A stretch of DNA of 20,843 nucleotides from a candidate division FCPU426 bacterium. Lineage in GTDB: Bacteria; Oederibacteriota; JAAXVQ01; JAUVAV01. A program made the position numbers and the translations under genes. The notes beneath the pieces are model-generated. The model searched no databases, was not told the origin of the DNA, and saw only the letters and a list, made by a program, of their open reading frames with translations. The stretch is from contig DAOWGI010000071.1 in assembly GCA_030637655.1 (NCBI GenBank), positions 1 through 20,843 on the forward strand, read 5' to 3'. This document shows positions 6,894-14,931 of the stretch, in pieces; within the stretch, counting starts at the first letter, position 1; each line of letters begins with the position of its first letter.

Positions 6894-7041
6894 ATCTTGC
6901 TTATGAAACAATAAATTTCATAGTCTGACCTAAGCAAGGCTCCCCGGGATTAGCTTAGCCATTATATTGTAGATAAGAAAAATGTGTGATCAGCCATTTG
7001 TATTTTGTAGGTACTATTATTTTGTGTAAAGGATAGCTGAA

Positions 7042-8382
7042 ATGACGTTCTTGCTGGAAGACAAAAATGGTTTTATCAAAGTGTTATCAAGAATGCTGCG
7101 AAAATATACTTGGTGGATCAATGGATTTATTGTGTTGGGTGCGGCCGCGGCCTTGGTTGCAACTCTGGTTACGCTTACCTCAATGGAGAATAAGCAACTC
7201 GAAGATTTTAAAAGTCTGGCAGAAAGTATTTATGAACAATCACAAGATTCGCTGCTGCAAGAACAACTCAATAATATGTTTGGTTTTATTAAATTTTTAG
7301 ACGGCATGCCTAATATTCACTATGTTGCTTATTGGGTAAATAATAAACGTGCCTTGGAAACTAAAACAGTTGAGCGCGTCAGTGTATACTTTCGAGAAAA
7401 GCCCGAAGCAGAATGGGATGGCTATGTTGAAAATAGTTTGGTTTATTTCAGTAAAAGAATGAAACCTGCCTTGCAAACCTTGGATAAACAGAGGGCCAAA
7501 TTGGGAATTGTTTTTTCTTTGGAAGCATTTATTTCTAAAAAAAAACTAATTATTCAGTCCGGCATAGGGACAACCATTCTGTTGCTGTTGCTGGTCTTGG
7601 TGGTTACTTTGCTCAATAGGACCAATGCTACTTTACAATCCACACAAAACAAATTAACAGAGGCTGAACAAATCAAATCAGGTATGATTTCAACGATTAC
7701 TCATGATGCGAAAAACAATTTAACTGTAATAAACGGGCAGATTGAGAATCTAATGATTAAACAGGAGCGCAAGCTGCCGCTGGACAATCTGGAAACAGTA
7801 CTCAAAGTCATTCGACGCAATGCGGAATCCTTAACAACGTTAATACGCGACTTTAGTGATAATGAACAGTTAAGCAAAGGTAATTTTGCAGTATTTCCTA
7901 AACAATGCGATATCATGGCTATTGTTCATTCGGTAGTGGAATCCATGGCAAGTACTGTTGCGCAAAACCAGCAGGAGATAATATGTGATCCCCCAGGAAG
8001 TCTGGGTACGGTCCGGGCAGACGAAACCAGACTCAAACAAGTGATACAAAATATACTTTCTAATGCTATGAAATTTGCCGCTCCGCAAACAATTATAAAG
8101 GTTAAGGTTGAAAAGAATGAGAAAGAATGTATTTTAAGGATTAGTGATCAGGGAACTGGTATTGAACAAGGAAAATGGGAAATCATATTTAATTCTTTTG
8201 TGCGTCTCCAGCCGGAAAAGGTTGAGGGGACAGGGTTAGGGCTAGCCAATTCTCGCAGGTTTATTCGTCTAATGGATGGTGAATTGGGCGTGGAAAAAAG
8301 TGTTGTAGGGCAAGGCACAACTTTTTATATCAAACTGCAATGTTTGGCACCGGCAAAAGCTGAACGGATCAAGGAGCAATAA
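7042..8382 (+). CDS. Membrane sensor histidine kinase (2 TM, extracytoplasmic loop, HisKA, HATPase_c), 446 aa
   Basis: TM segments FIVLGAAAALVATLVTL and IGTTILLLLLVLVVTLL. H box ITHDAKNNL, N box QNILSNAMKF, G1 DQGTGI, F box IFNSF, G2 GTGLGL. Confidence 0.95.
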   Translation: MTFLLEDKNGFIKVLSRMLRKYTWWINGFIVLGAAAALVATLVTLTSMENKQLEDFKSLAESIYEQSQDSLLQEQLNNMFGFIKFLDGMPNIHYVAYWVNNKRALETKTVERVSVYFREKPEAEWDGYVENSLVYFSKRMKPALQTLDKQRAKLGIVFSLEAFISKKKLIIQSGIGTTILLLLLVLVVTLLNRTNATLQSTQNKLTEAEQIKSGMISTITHDAKNNLTVINGQIENLMIKQERKLPLDNLETVLKVIRRNAESLTTLIRDFSDNEQLSKGNFAVFPKQCDIMAIVHSVVESMASTVAQNQQEIICDPPGSLGTVRADETRLKQVIQNILSNAMKFAAPQTIIKVKVEKNEKECILRISDQGTGIEQGKWEIIFNSFVRLQPEKVEGTGLGLANSRRFIRLMDGELGVEKSVVGQGTTFYIKLQCLAPAKAERIKEQ

Positions 8383-9755
8383 TGGCTAAGATGCTTGTTG
8401 TAGATGATAATAAAGAAATTGTCGCAATGATACAAGATCGTTTCCAACTCGAAGGGTACAAAACAGAAGTGGCATTTGACAAACAAAGTACCTTTGATAA
8501 AATTATAAGCTTTCAACCGGATGTCGTTGTTTTGGATGTGTATTTGGAACAAGCTGAGACTGGAATAGATATTCTTAAGCACCTTAGGGAGCAATGGCCC
8601 AAAGAGGAGTTGCCGGTTATTGTACTCACCGGCCAACCGGATTCTGAATTGTGCTTAAATGCGTTACATGAGGGAGCTGACGATTTTATTTCTAAACCCA
8701 TTGATTTTGAAATATTAATGAATGCTATTAAAAATGTCATAGAAAAAAAACAAGAGGATTTGGAAACTACGGAAGTTTGGCAGATGAAAATAGAAGGGTC
8801 TTCCGATACAATAATTAATTTAACTAAAAAAATATATCAAACATCCCAGGCGGAAGTGGACACTATGATATTGGGAGAAACCGGTACCGGAAAGGATTTG
8901 GCTGCATTTGTATTCCACAAAAACGGCGAAAGAAAAGCGAAACCTTTTATTGTGATTGACTGTACGACGATTCCCGAAGCTCTTTTTGAGTCTGAGGTAT
9001 TTGGTGTTGCCAGAGGAGCGTACACCCATGCTTATGAGTCGCGCCCGGGAAGGGCTGCGAAAGCTCAGGGCGGTATCTTATTTTTTAATGAAATTGGGGA
9101 ATTGTCATTAGATGTGCAGGCAAAACTTCTTGTGTTTTTAGAAACGAAGAAATATACACCCTTAGGAAGTGGTCAAGAGCATAAATTAGATGATGTGATT
9201 CTATCAGCAACCAGTCGTGATTTGCGAAAACGTGTTGAACAGGGAAAGTTTCGGAAGGATTTATATTATCGTCTTATGCAAAATGTAATAAAAATGCCGC
9301 CTCTTAGAGAACATAAAGAGGATCTGCCGCAGTTGGTTAAGTATTTTTTGAAATTATTTAATGAACAGTTTAAAAAAAATATTATTTCTGTTTCTTCCGA
9401 TGTTTTTAAAATTCTGCAAAACCACTCCTGGGAGGGAAATGTGCGGGAATTGAAAATGGTCGTTTTGCGTGGTGTGCACAATTGTCAAGGTCGTATTCTG
9501 GAAAGGGAGCATATTAAAGATGTGTTTGATCCGGAAAAGCGCGAGCGGAGCCAAAACACCAGTGATTCCAAGTATTGTTTTGAAAGCTATGGTACTGCGA
9601 AAGATAAAATATTGTATGGGTTTCATCAAGATTATCTGCAATATCATCTAAAACAACATCAGTGGAATATTCGGAAAACTGCTGAGACCATTGGGATAAC
9701 ACGTGAACATTTATCAAAATTACTAAAAACCCATAATATACAACGCCCGAAATAA
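8382..9755 (+). CDS. NtrC-family response regulator (REC - sigma54-activator AAA+ - Fis-type HTH) with atypical motifs, 457 aa
   Basis: REC VVDDN..LDV..LTG..SKP; Walker A GETGTGKD; ESEVFG..GAYTHA; Walker B ILFFNE; FRKDLYYRL; WEGNVREL; HTH WNIRKTAETIGITREHL. Start overlaps the kinase stop (TAATG). Confidence 0.93.
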   Translation: MAKMLVVDDNKEIVAMIQDRFQLEGYKTEVAFDKQSTFDKIISFQPDVVVLDVYLEQAETGIDILKHLREQWPKEELPVIVLTGQPDSELCLNALHEGADDFISKPIDFEILMNAIKNVIEKKQEDLETTEVWQMKIEGSSDTIINLTKKIYQTSQAEVDTMILGETGTGKDLAAFVFHKNGERKAKPFIVIDCTTIPEALFESEVFGVARGAYTHAYESRPGRAAKAQGGILFFNEIGELSLDVQAKLLVFLETKKYTPLGSGQEHKLDDVILSATSRDLRKRVEQGKFRKDLYYRLMQNVIKMPPLREHKEDLPQLVKYFLKLFNEQFKKNIISVSSDVFKILQNHSWEGNVRELKMVVLRGVHNCQGRILEREHIKDVFDPEKRERSQNTSDSKYCFESYGTAKDKILYGFHQDYLQYHLKQHQWNIRKTAETIGITREHLSKLLKTHNIQRPK

Positions 9756-9788
9756 AATGTGATTAACAACTAAATATTGGCAAGTAAG

Positions 9789-9827
9789 CGGGACAAATGC
9801 TTCACACAGTGTGAACTATTTGTCCCG
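9789..9827. promoter_or_regulatory. 39-bp near-perfect palindrome; candidate upstream activator sequence (UAS) for the enhancer-binding protein, alternatively a terminator
   Basis: CGGGACAAAT-GC-TTCACAC-A-GTGTGAA-CT-ATTTGTCCCG has 17/19 paired positions and a 1-nt centre. It is centred about 115-120 bp upstream of the predicted sigma54 start site. Confidence 0.6.
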
Positions 9828-9858
9828 TTTTAGTATTAAACGAAGTTTATGGCTGTTG

Positions 9859-9871
9859 GAAAGTGCTGATT
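9859..9871 (-). promoter_or_regulatory. Candidate IHF binding site between the UAS and the sigma54 promoter
   Basis: Minus strand AATCAG-CACT-TTC versus consensus WATCAR-N4-TTR (last base mismatched). The position is typical of sigma54 promoters. Confidence 0.4.
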
Positions 9872-9897
9872 TATAAAGAATATGGGTAGATATAGTT

Positions 9898-9914
9898 CCG
9901 GCACGCTACTTGCT
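9898..9914 (+). promoter_or_regulatory. Sigma54 (-24/-12) promoter upstream of the ECF sigma gene
   Basis: CCGGCACGCTACTTGCT: GG (9900-9901), 10 nt, GC (9912-9913). It matches YTGGCACG-N4-TTGCW at all but one position. Confidence 0.8.
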
Positions 9915-9975
9915 TTATAGCCTGGTAGTCAATACCTTGGGGATAAAGGTTAATGAGGCGAAGGGAGTGGCAACC

Positions 9976-10599
9976 ATGTCATTGGAAGAAAGAAGCGCAG
10001 GTAAAACTAAAACCGAATGTACAGATGAGGAACTTATTGAAGCCATTAGATGTGGAGACAGAGAGGCGGCGGATGAAATCATAAAGCGGTACTATATCAA
10101 GGTTGGCAATACTTGTCGTAGATATTTTATATGTCCTGATGACATTAATGATGCCACGCAGGAAGTTTTTACTAAAATATTTGCAGAGAAAAAGGTTGGA
10201 CATTATCGCGGCCAAGCTCAATTTTGGACCTGGCTGTACCGGGTTGTATGTAATACCTGTAAAACTATGCTGCTGAAGCAGCAACAAGCCCGAAAAATAT
10301 ATTCTCTTGATCACCGGATTATGTGGGAAGAAAAAGAGCAGTATGGCAATATGCTGGGAAGTCCTGAGTATAATATACATGCTGAACAAAAGAAGGATCT
10401 GGTGTTAAGAATGATGAAAGCATTGCCGCGAAATTACCGCGCCATTATTTATTTGATTTATTGGAAAGGCTGCAGCTATAAAGAAGCGGCGCATCACATG
10501 AATGTTCCAATTAACATTTTAGGTGTGCAACTTATGCGAGGTAAAAATATGCTAAATAAAATTGGCAGGCCTTTATTCAGCGAGTATACCTATAATTGA
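9976..10599 (+). CDS. ECF-type sigma70 factor, about 207 aa
   Basis: TDEELIEAIRCGDREA, region 2 DATQEVF..FWTWLYRVVCN, region 4 ALPRNYRAIIYL..GCSYKEAA. Start moved from the track's TTG 9910, which lies inside the sigma54 promoter, to ATG 9976 with SD AGGGAG at 9962-9967. Confidence 0.92.
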   Translation: MSLEERSAGKTKTECTDEELIEAIRCGDREAADEIIKRYYIKVGNTCRRYFICPDDINDATQEVFTKIFAEKKVGHYRGQAQFWTWLYRVVCNTCKTMLLKQQQARKIYSLDHRIMWEEKEQYGNMLGSPEYNIHAEQKKDLVLRMMKALPRNYRAIIYLIYWKGCSYKEAAHHMNVPINILGVQLMRGKNMLNKIGRPLFSEYTYN

Positions 10600-10674
10600 T
10601 TAGTTGCTGAAATTCCATAAAAAATATTACAATACTCCGGCGAGATGGTGATCTTTTGAACCTGCGGGAGGTGG

Positions 10675-13608
10675 ATGTCATGTATGGAAAATAAAAAGCA
10701 TGTGCAATATATGATTAATCAATTCGGTCTGGGTTTTATTTGTGTGGTTCTACTTTGTGTTTCCCAGGGGTATGGCGGACAATGGGTCGTGCCTGTTGAT
10801 CTTCCCAATAATGTTCAGGCACATACAGCAACTTTGTTACCCAATGGACTGATTTTGATTGCCGGAGGTCAAGGGCCGACTAAAGTTTATTGTGACGCCT
10901 GGCTATATGATGCTCGTATTGGCAGTTATAGTGCTACCGGGGATATGACGCAACCGCGTTTTTGTCATACTGCGACTTTGCTGCCGGATGGTAATGTGCT
11001 TATTGTTGGTGGGATGGGAAATGCCGGGAAACCATGTCGTGCCATCACGATATACCATACCAGATTAAAAGAATTTAAAACAGTTGCTCAATTAAACCAT
11101 CCTCGCTTAAATCATGCTGCAGTTTTGCTGCCGGATGGAAAAGTGCTGATCATAGGTGATACCAAAGAAATTGAAGTGTATGATCCGAAAACCAAATCCT
11201 GCAAAGTCCTGGGTAAGACACCGGCACTTCTGCATCGCCCTACAGCAACCCTGCTTTCTGATAAAACGATTCTTTTGGTGAATGGAAAAAAACGCCTTGT
11301 CTATCGCTATACCTATCTGACCAATACTTTTAAAAAAATTAAACGTCTTCATTATAAACGTGATCATCATACAGCCACATTTCTGCCTAACGGACAGGTC
11401 TTGATTCTTGGAGGTGCACAAAAAGCAGAAATCTTTTGTCCGCAAAAAAACACATTGATAAAAAGCGCGGCACTTACAAAGATGCGGGTCCATCATACAG
11501 CTACGCTTTTGCCTGACGGAAAAGTCATGGTGGTTGGTGGCGGGCTGGAGCAAAAGGGGACTTCGGTTGAAGTCTATGATTACGTTTTAAAATCATTTCA
11601 AGAAGTGGATAGTATGAAGCATGGCAGAAGCAAGCATAGTGCCACTATGCTGCCGGATGGGAGTGTCTTTGTCTATGGTGGTGGAGAAGGTGTCGGTGCT
11701 GAAGTATTTCAACCCAGTGCGGGGAAATTTTATACCACTAAACTTCTGGAAAAATCGCGGAATACACACACGGCTACTTTACTGCCCAGTGGTCAAGTCC
11801 TGGTTGTAGGAGGATACAATGGAGCATACTTGAAATTTTGTGAGTTATTTGATCCGGTTACCAACCAATTTATAAAAACCGGTAATTTGTCTGTGCCGCG
11901 CCATTGTCACAGTGCGACCTTGTTACCGGATGGAAACATACTCATAGCAGGTGGATATGGTGATGAGAAGTATTGGGCGAGTGCTGAATTGTATCAAATC
12001 ACAACCCGGATTTTTACAAAAATAGGAAACATGACCAGCAAACGTGAAAAACATACAGCCACCATATTACCGAGTGGTGATGTCCTGATGACCGGAGGAT
12101 TTAACAGCAGGCATCTTTCCAGTGCTGAGGTTTATGATGTGAAGGGCAGAACTTTTTATCCTGTTGGATCTATGGCGTATGCCCGGGAAAAACATAGCGC
12201 AACTTTACTTCGAGACGGAAAAATACTCATTACCGGGGGCTATGACGGCAAACAGTATTTAAAAGCAGCTGAGATTTATGCGCCTAAAAAGCGAAAATTC
12301 AAGACCAGTGGGAATATGTTGCAGCCTCGACGGATTCATACTGCCACGCTCTTGCCGTCAGGTAAGGTGTTGATTGTTGGCGGTATTAATAAAAACGGTT
12401 TTTTAAGAAGTGCGGAAATTTATGATCCGGAAATTGGGTTTGCAAAAACCGGTAATTTGAACAAGGCGCGTAACGGACATACGGCAACGTTGTTGCCAAA
12501 TGGCAAGGTTATGATTGCCGGAGGCGGCGTGACAGACGTTGAGTTGTATCATCCGGATACCGGTGAATTTGCGTACACACCTAGCATGACTATTAAGCGG
12601 CGGGAACACTCGGCAACATTATTAACCACAGGTGAAGTGCTTATCATCGGTGGTGAAGATGGTTTCAAATACCTGAATTCTGCTGAACGTGCCCGCTATA
12701 CTGAATATGTATATAAGTATGGAGTTCAATCCTGCCAACCGAAGATTACTACGTGCACGGCCAACGTTTTTCCGGGGAAACCGTGCATAATCAAGGGAGA
12801 AAAATTCTGTGGGCCCTGGGGTGCTGGAGATGGTCAGGGCACTGGAAATTCGGCGGTCAATTATCCTCGGGTCTATCTACGTGCAGTTGGCAGTGGTGGT
12901 ATGAGTGCTTATGGACCATCTGGATATCAGATGGATGTAACGGAATTGTTATTTCCAATGGATTGGACACAAGCGCAAAATTGCTTAGTCTTTTCCATGC
13001 CGGATATCACGCCTGGCTATTGGTTGGTTACGGTTGTTTGCAATGGGATATCATCAGAAGCCAAGCTCTTGTGGAACAAGCGCACTCAGATTATCCTTCC
13101 CGCTCCTGGTCCGGTTACGAATTTGAGCAGTTCTATACTAAAAAGAACAGTACCTACAACTGAAGGGTGGGTTGAAAATTTTGCCGGTCCAACAGGGAAC
13201 CAACCATCCCAATGGCTTGATGAAAGCGATGATTGGGGTGCGAATGCTGAACTGAACTATTCCTGTCAAACCGGCTATGCAGCCATGACCCGTACGGCGG
13301 ATAGTGATTGGGGTCGAGTTCAAACTCAATGGATACGGTGTGATGTCAGTACATATAACTACATCGAAGCAAAGACCATAAGTGTATCACCAGGCGCCAA
13401 ATGGAATATCGCTTTGGTCGAAAGAGGAACCAATAAATGTTATGATTTAGTGAGCGGATCTACTAATTATGGAACCCGGGAAGCGGATTTTCAAAAACAA
13501 ACAGGTTGGCAGGGAACAAAAGAATTCTCAATTCGTATTAATATGGAAGGAACAGAAGGGCAATATATTATCCTCGATTCAGTACGGGTTTTTCGAGTTA
13601 ATCAGTAA
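10675..13608 (+). CDS. Secreted kelch-repeat protein, about 977 aa: 14 repeats (likely two 7-bladed propellers), Ig-like domain, C-terminal ~145-aa beta-sandwich module
   Basis: Signal-like FGLGFICVVLLCVSQGYG. 14 countable H[TS]ATLLP.G.VL..GG repeats, followed by QPKIT..PGYWLVTVVCNG, then GWVENFAG..LDSVRVF. The start may be 10675, 10684 or 10711. Confidence 0.9.
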   Translation: MSCMENKKHVQYMINQFGLGFICVVLLCVSQGYGGQWVVPVDLPNNVQAHTATLLPNGLILIAGGQGPTKVYCDAWLYDARIGSYSATGDMTQPRFCHTATLLPDGNVLIVGGMGNAGKPCRAITIYHTRLKEFKTVAQLNHPRLNHAAVLLPDGKVLIIGDTKEIEVYDPKTKSCKVLGKTPALLHRPTATLLSDKTILLVNGKKRLVYRYTYLTNTFKKIKRLHYKRDHHTATFLPNGQVLILGGAQKAEIFCPQKNTLIKSAALTKMRVHHTATLLPDGKVMVVGGGLEQKGTSVEVYDYVLKSFQEVDSMKHGRSKHSATMLPDGSVFVYGGGEGVGAEVFQPSAGKFYTTKLLEKSRNTHTATLLPSGQVLVVGGYNGAYLKFCELFDPVTNQFIKTGNLSVPRHCHSATLLPDGNILIAGGYGDEKYWASAELYQITTRIFTKIGNMTSKREKHTATILPSGDVLMTGGFNSRHLSSAEVYDVKGRTFYPVGSMAYAREKHSATLLRDGKILITGGYDGKQYLKAAEIYAPKKRKFKTSGNMLQPRRIHTATLLPSGKVLIVGGINKNGFLRSAEIYDPEIGFAKTGNLNKARNGHTATLLPNGKVMIAGGGVTDVELYHPDTGEFAYTPSMTIKRREHSATLLTTGEVLIIGGEDGFKYLNSAERARYTEYVYKYGVQSCQPKITTCTANVFPGKPCIIKGEKFCGPWGAGDGQGTGNSAVNYPRVYLRAVGSGGMSAYGPSGYQMDVTELLFPMDWTQAQNCLVFSMPDITPGYWLVTVVCNGISSEAKLLWNKRTQIILPAPGPVTNLSSSILKRTVPTTEGWVENFAGPTGNQPSQWLDESDDWGANAELNYSCQTGYAAMTRTADSDWGRVQTQWIRCDVSTYNYIEAKTISVSPGAKWNIALVERGTNKCYDLVSGSTNYGTREADFQKQTGWQGTKEFSIRINMEGTEGQYIILDSVRVFRVNQ

Positions 13609-13686
13609 CGGTTCTGATTAGTTCACCCGAAATTGCATCCTATTATTAACTTCATACAAAATTCTGCTAAAAAACATAAAAAAGAA

Positions 13687-13715
13687 TGTAATATTTTCAT
13701 CTCAAATTAGTCTGA
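13687..13715 (+). promoter_or_regulatory. Putative ECF-sigma promoter, copy 1
   Basis: TGTAATATTTTCATCTCAAATTAGTCTGA lies 75 nt upstream of ATG 13791 and is 20/29 identical to 14832-14860, with identities concentrated at both ends. Confidence 0.65.
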
Positions 13716-13790
13716 ATAAGTAGAAGCCGAATACTGGCGCTACCTGGATTCGAGCATAACTGCGAACTATACAGGAAAGGGGATAAAGCA

Positions 13791-14735
13791 ATGAAAAAAG
13801 CACTTATTACAATGATTGCCATGATTGTTATTATTTTTTCCGGAGGTGTCCTGTGGGCAGAACAAACCAATTATGATATTGGGAAAGTAGTTGCTCCGGA
13901 ACTGAAATTAGGTTTAGGTGCCAGACCAGTAGCTCTAGGTGAAGCTTATGTGGCTTTGGCCGATGATCTTAATGCCACTGCCTGGAATCCAGCTGGTTTA
14001 TCCCGCATTACTGGAGCACAAGCCGGGTTTATGCATAATATATTTATTCAAGAAACTTTGTTGGAATATGTAGCTTTTGCTTACCAACTTTTTCCGGGAG
14101 CAGGTTTGGGAGCTAATGTATTTTATTTTAATTATGGCAGTATTAAAAAAGTGGATTTTGATGGCGTAGTCCCTGAAGTTGTTGGTGAGTTTAATCCTTC
14201 GGCATTGATTTTATCCCTGGGTTATGGTCAACAAGTGCTGGAAACATTATCACTTGGCGCGACTGTGAAATATTACAGCCAGAATATTGATACGAAAAAT
14301 TATTCGGCAGTGGTTTTTGATATTGGCGGTCTGCTGCAAACCGGCGTGGAAAAGTTAACCATTGGTTTGGCTGTTCAGAATCTGGGAGCACAAGTAGCGG
14401 GTAAAAATTTACCTATGAATGTCAAAGCTGGTGCGGCCTATGGTATTCCCATTCTGATGAATTCCGGGGATTCGTGGAATGTCTTGCTTGATGTCAACGT
14501 TCCTTTTGGTGATACTAATTATAGCTCAGCCAATATTGGGACAGAGTATTGGTATAATAATATGATAGCCGTGCGAGTTGGTTATAAGATCAAAGATGCC
14601 GGCGAATTAGGCGGAGTAACAGGGCTGACTGCTGGTCTTGGTGCTAAATTGTCTGTGATCAATCTGGATTATGCTATGGTCTCCTATGGAGATCTGGGAT
14701 TAACCCATCAGATGGCGATTGGGGTGAGCTTCTGA
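13791..14735 (+). CDS. PorV/PorQ-family (UPF0164-like) outer-membrane beta-barrel protein, 314 aa
   Basis: Signal peptide, LKLGLGARPVALGEAYVALADDLNATAWNPAGLS signature, amphipathic beta-strands, and the ending DYA..YGDLGLTHQMAIGVSF with a terminal Phe. Confidence 0.88.
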   Translation: MKKALITMIAMIVIIFSGGVLWAEQTNYDIGKVVAPELKLGLGARPVALGEAYVALADDLNATAWNPAGLSRITGAQAGFMHNIFIQETLLEYVAFAYQLFPGAGLGANVFYFNYGSIKKVDFDGVVPEVVGEFNPSALILSLGYGQQVLETLSLGATVKYYSQNIDTKNYSAVVFDIGGLLQTGVEKLTIGLAVQNLGAQVAGKNLPMNVKAGAAYGIPILMNSGDSWNVLLDVNVPFGDTNYSSANIGTEYWYNNMIAVRVGYKIKDAGELGGVTGLTAGLGAKLSVINLDYAMVSYGDLGLTHQMAIGVSF

Positions 14736-14779
14736 AAATAGGAGTCATTGGAGTGTAATTGGATTACTTCAGAGTGTTT

Positions 14780-14812
14780 GTAGGGGTGGGCGCAATGTCC
14801 GGCCCTGTTTTT
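14780..14812 (+). terminator. Imperfect hairpin with T-tract after the PorV-like gene; starts with GTAG, so possibly a decayed REP
   Basis: GTAGGGGTGGGCG-CAA-TGTCCGGCCCT-GTTTTT. The stem has one mismatch and several G-T pairs. Confidence 0.4.
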
Positions 14813-14831
14813 ATAAAAAAATCACGCCTGT

Positions 14832-14860
14832 TGTTATATTTCCGCTTCTTTTTAGTCTAA
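14832..14860 (+). promoter_or_regulatory. Putative ECF-sigma promoter, copy 2
   Basis: TGTTATATTTCCGCTTCTTTTTAGTCTAA lies 71 nt upstream of ATG 14932 and has the same element spacing as copy 1. Confidence 0.65.
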
Positions 14861-14931
14861 CTCCCAGGTTAAGGGAAATTTTTATAAACGCACATATTTT
14901 AAATTGGATTGAATAGCCGGGGAGGTGTGAG

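Noticed and set aside
6902-6958. TATGAAA-N7-TTTCATA palindrome, weak CTAAGC/GCTTAG hairpin, and TAGTCTGA as a third ECF promoter
   Set aside because: The -10-like TAGTCTGA has no TGTWATA box at the right spacing, and the palindromes are short and could be chance.
9910-9975. TTG start and N-terminal extension of the ECF sigma given in the ORF track
   Set aside because: The TTG lies within the -12 box of the sigma54 promoter; ATG 9976 has a good SD and gives a normal ECF length.
10621-10631. TGTAATATTTT on the minus strand, matching the ECF-like -35 box (possible antisense promoter into the sigma gene)
   Set aside because: No GTCT -10 element at the required spacing; an AT-rich match could be chance.
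14815-14830. AAAAAATCAYGCCTG shared with 1141-1155
   Set aside because: Only two copies, largely poly-A, upstream of functionally unrelated genes; insufficient support.
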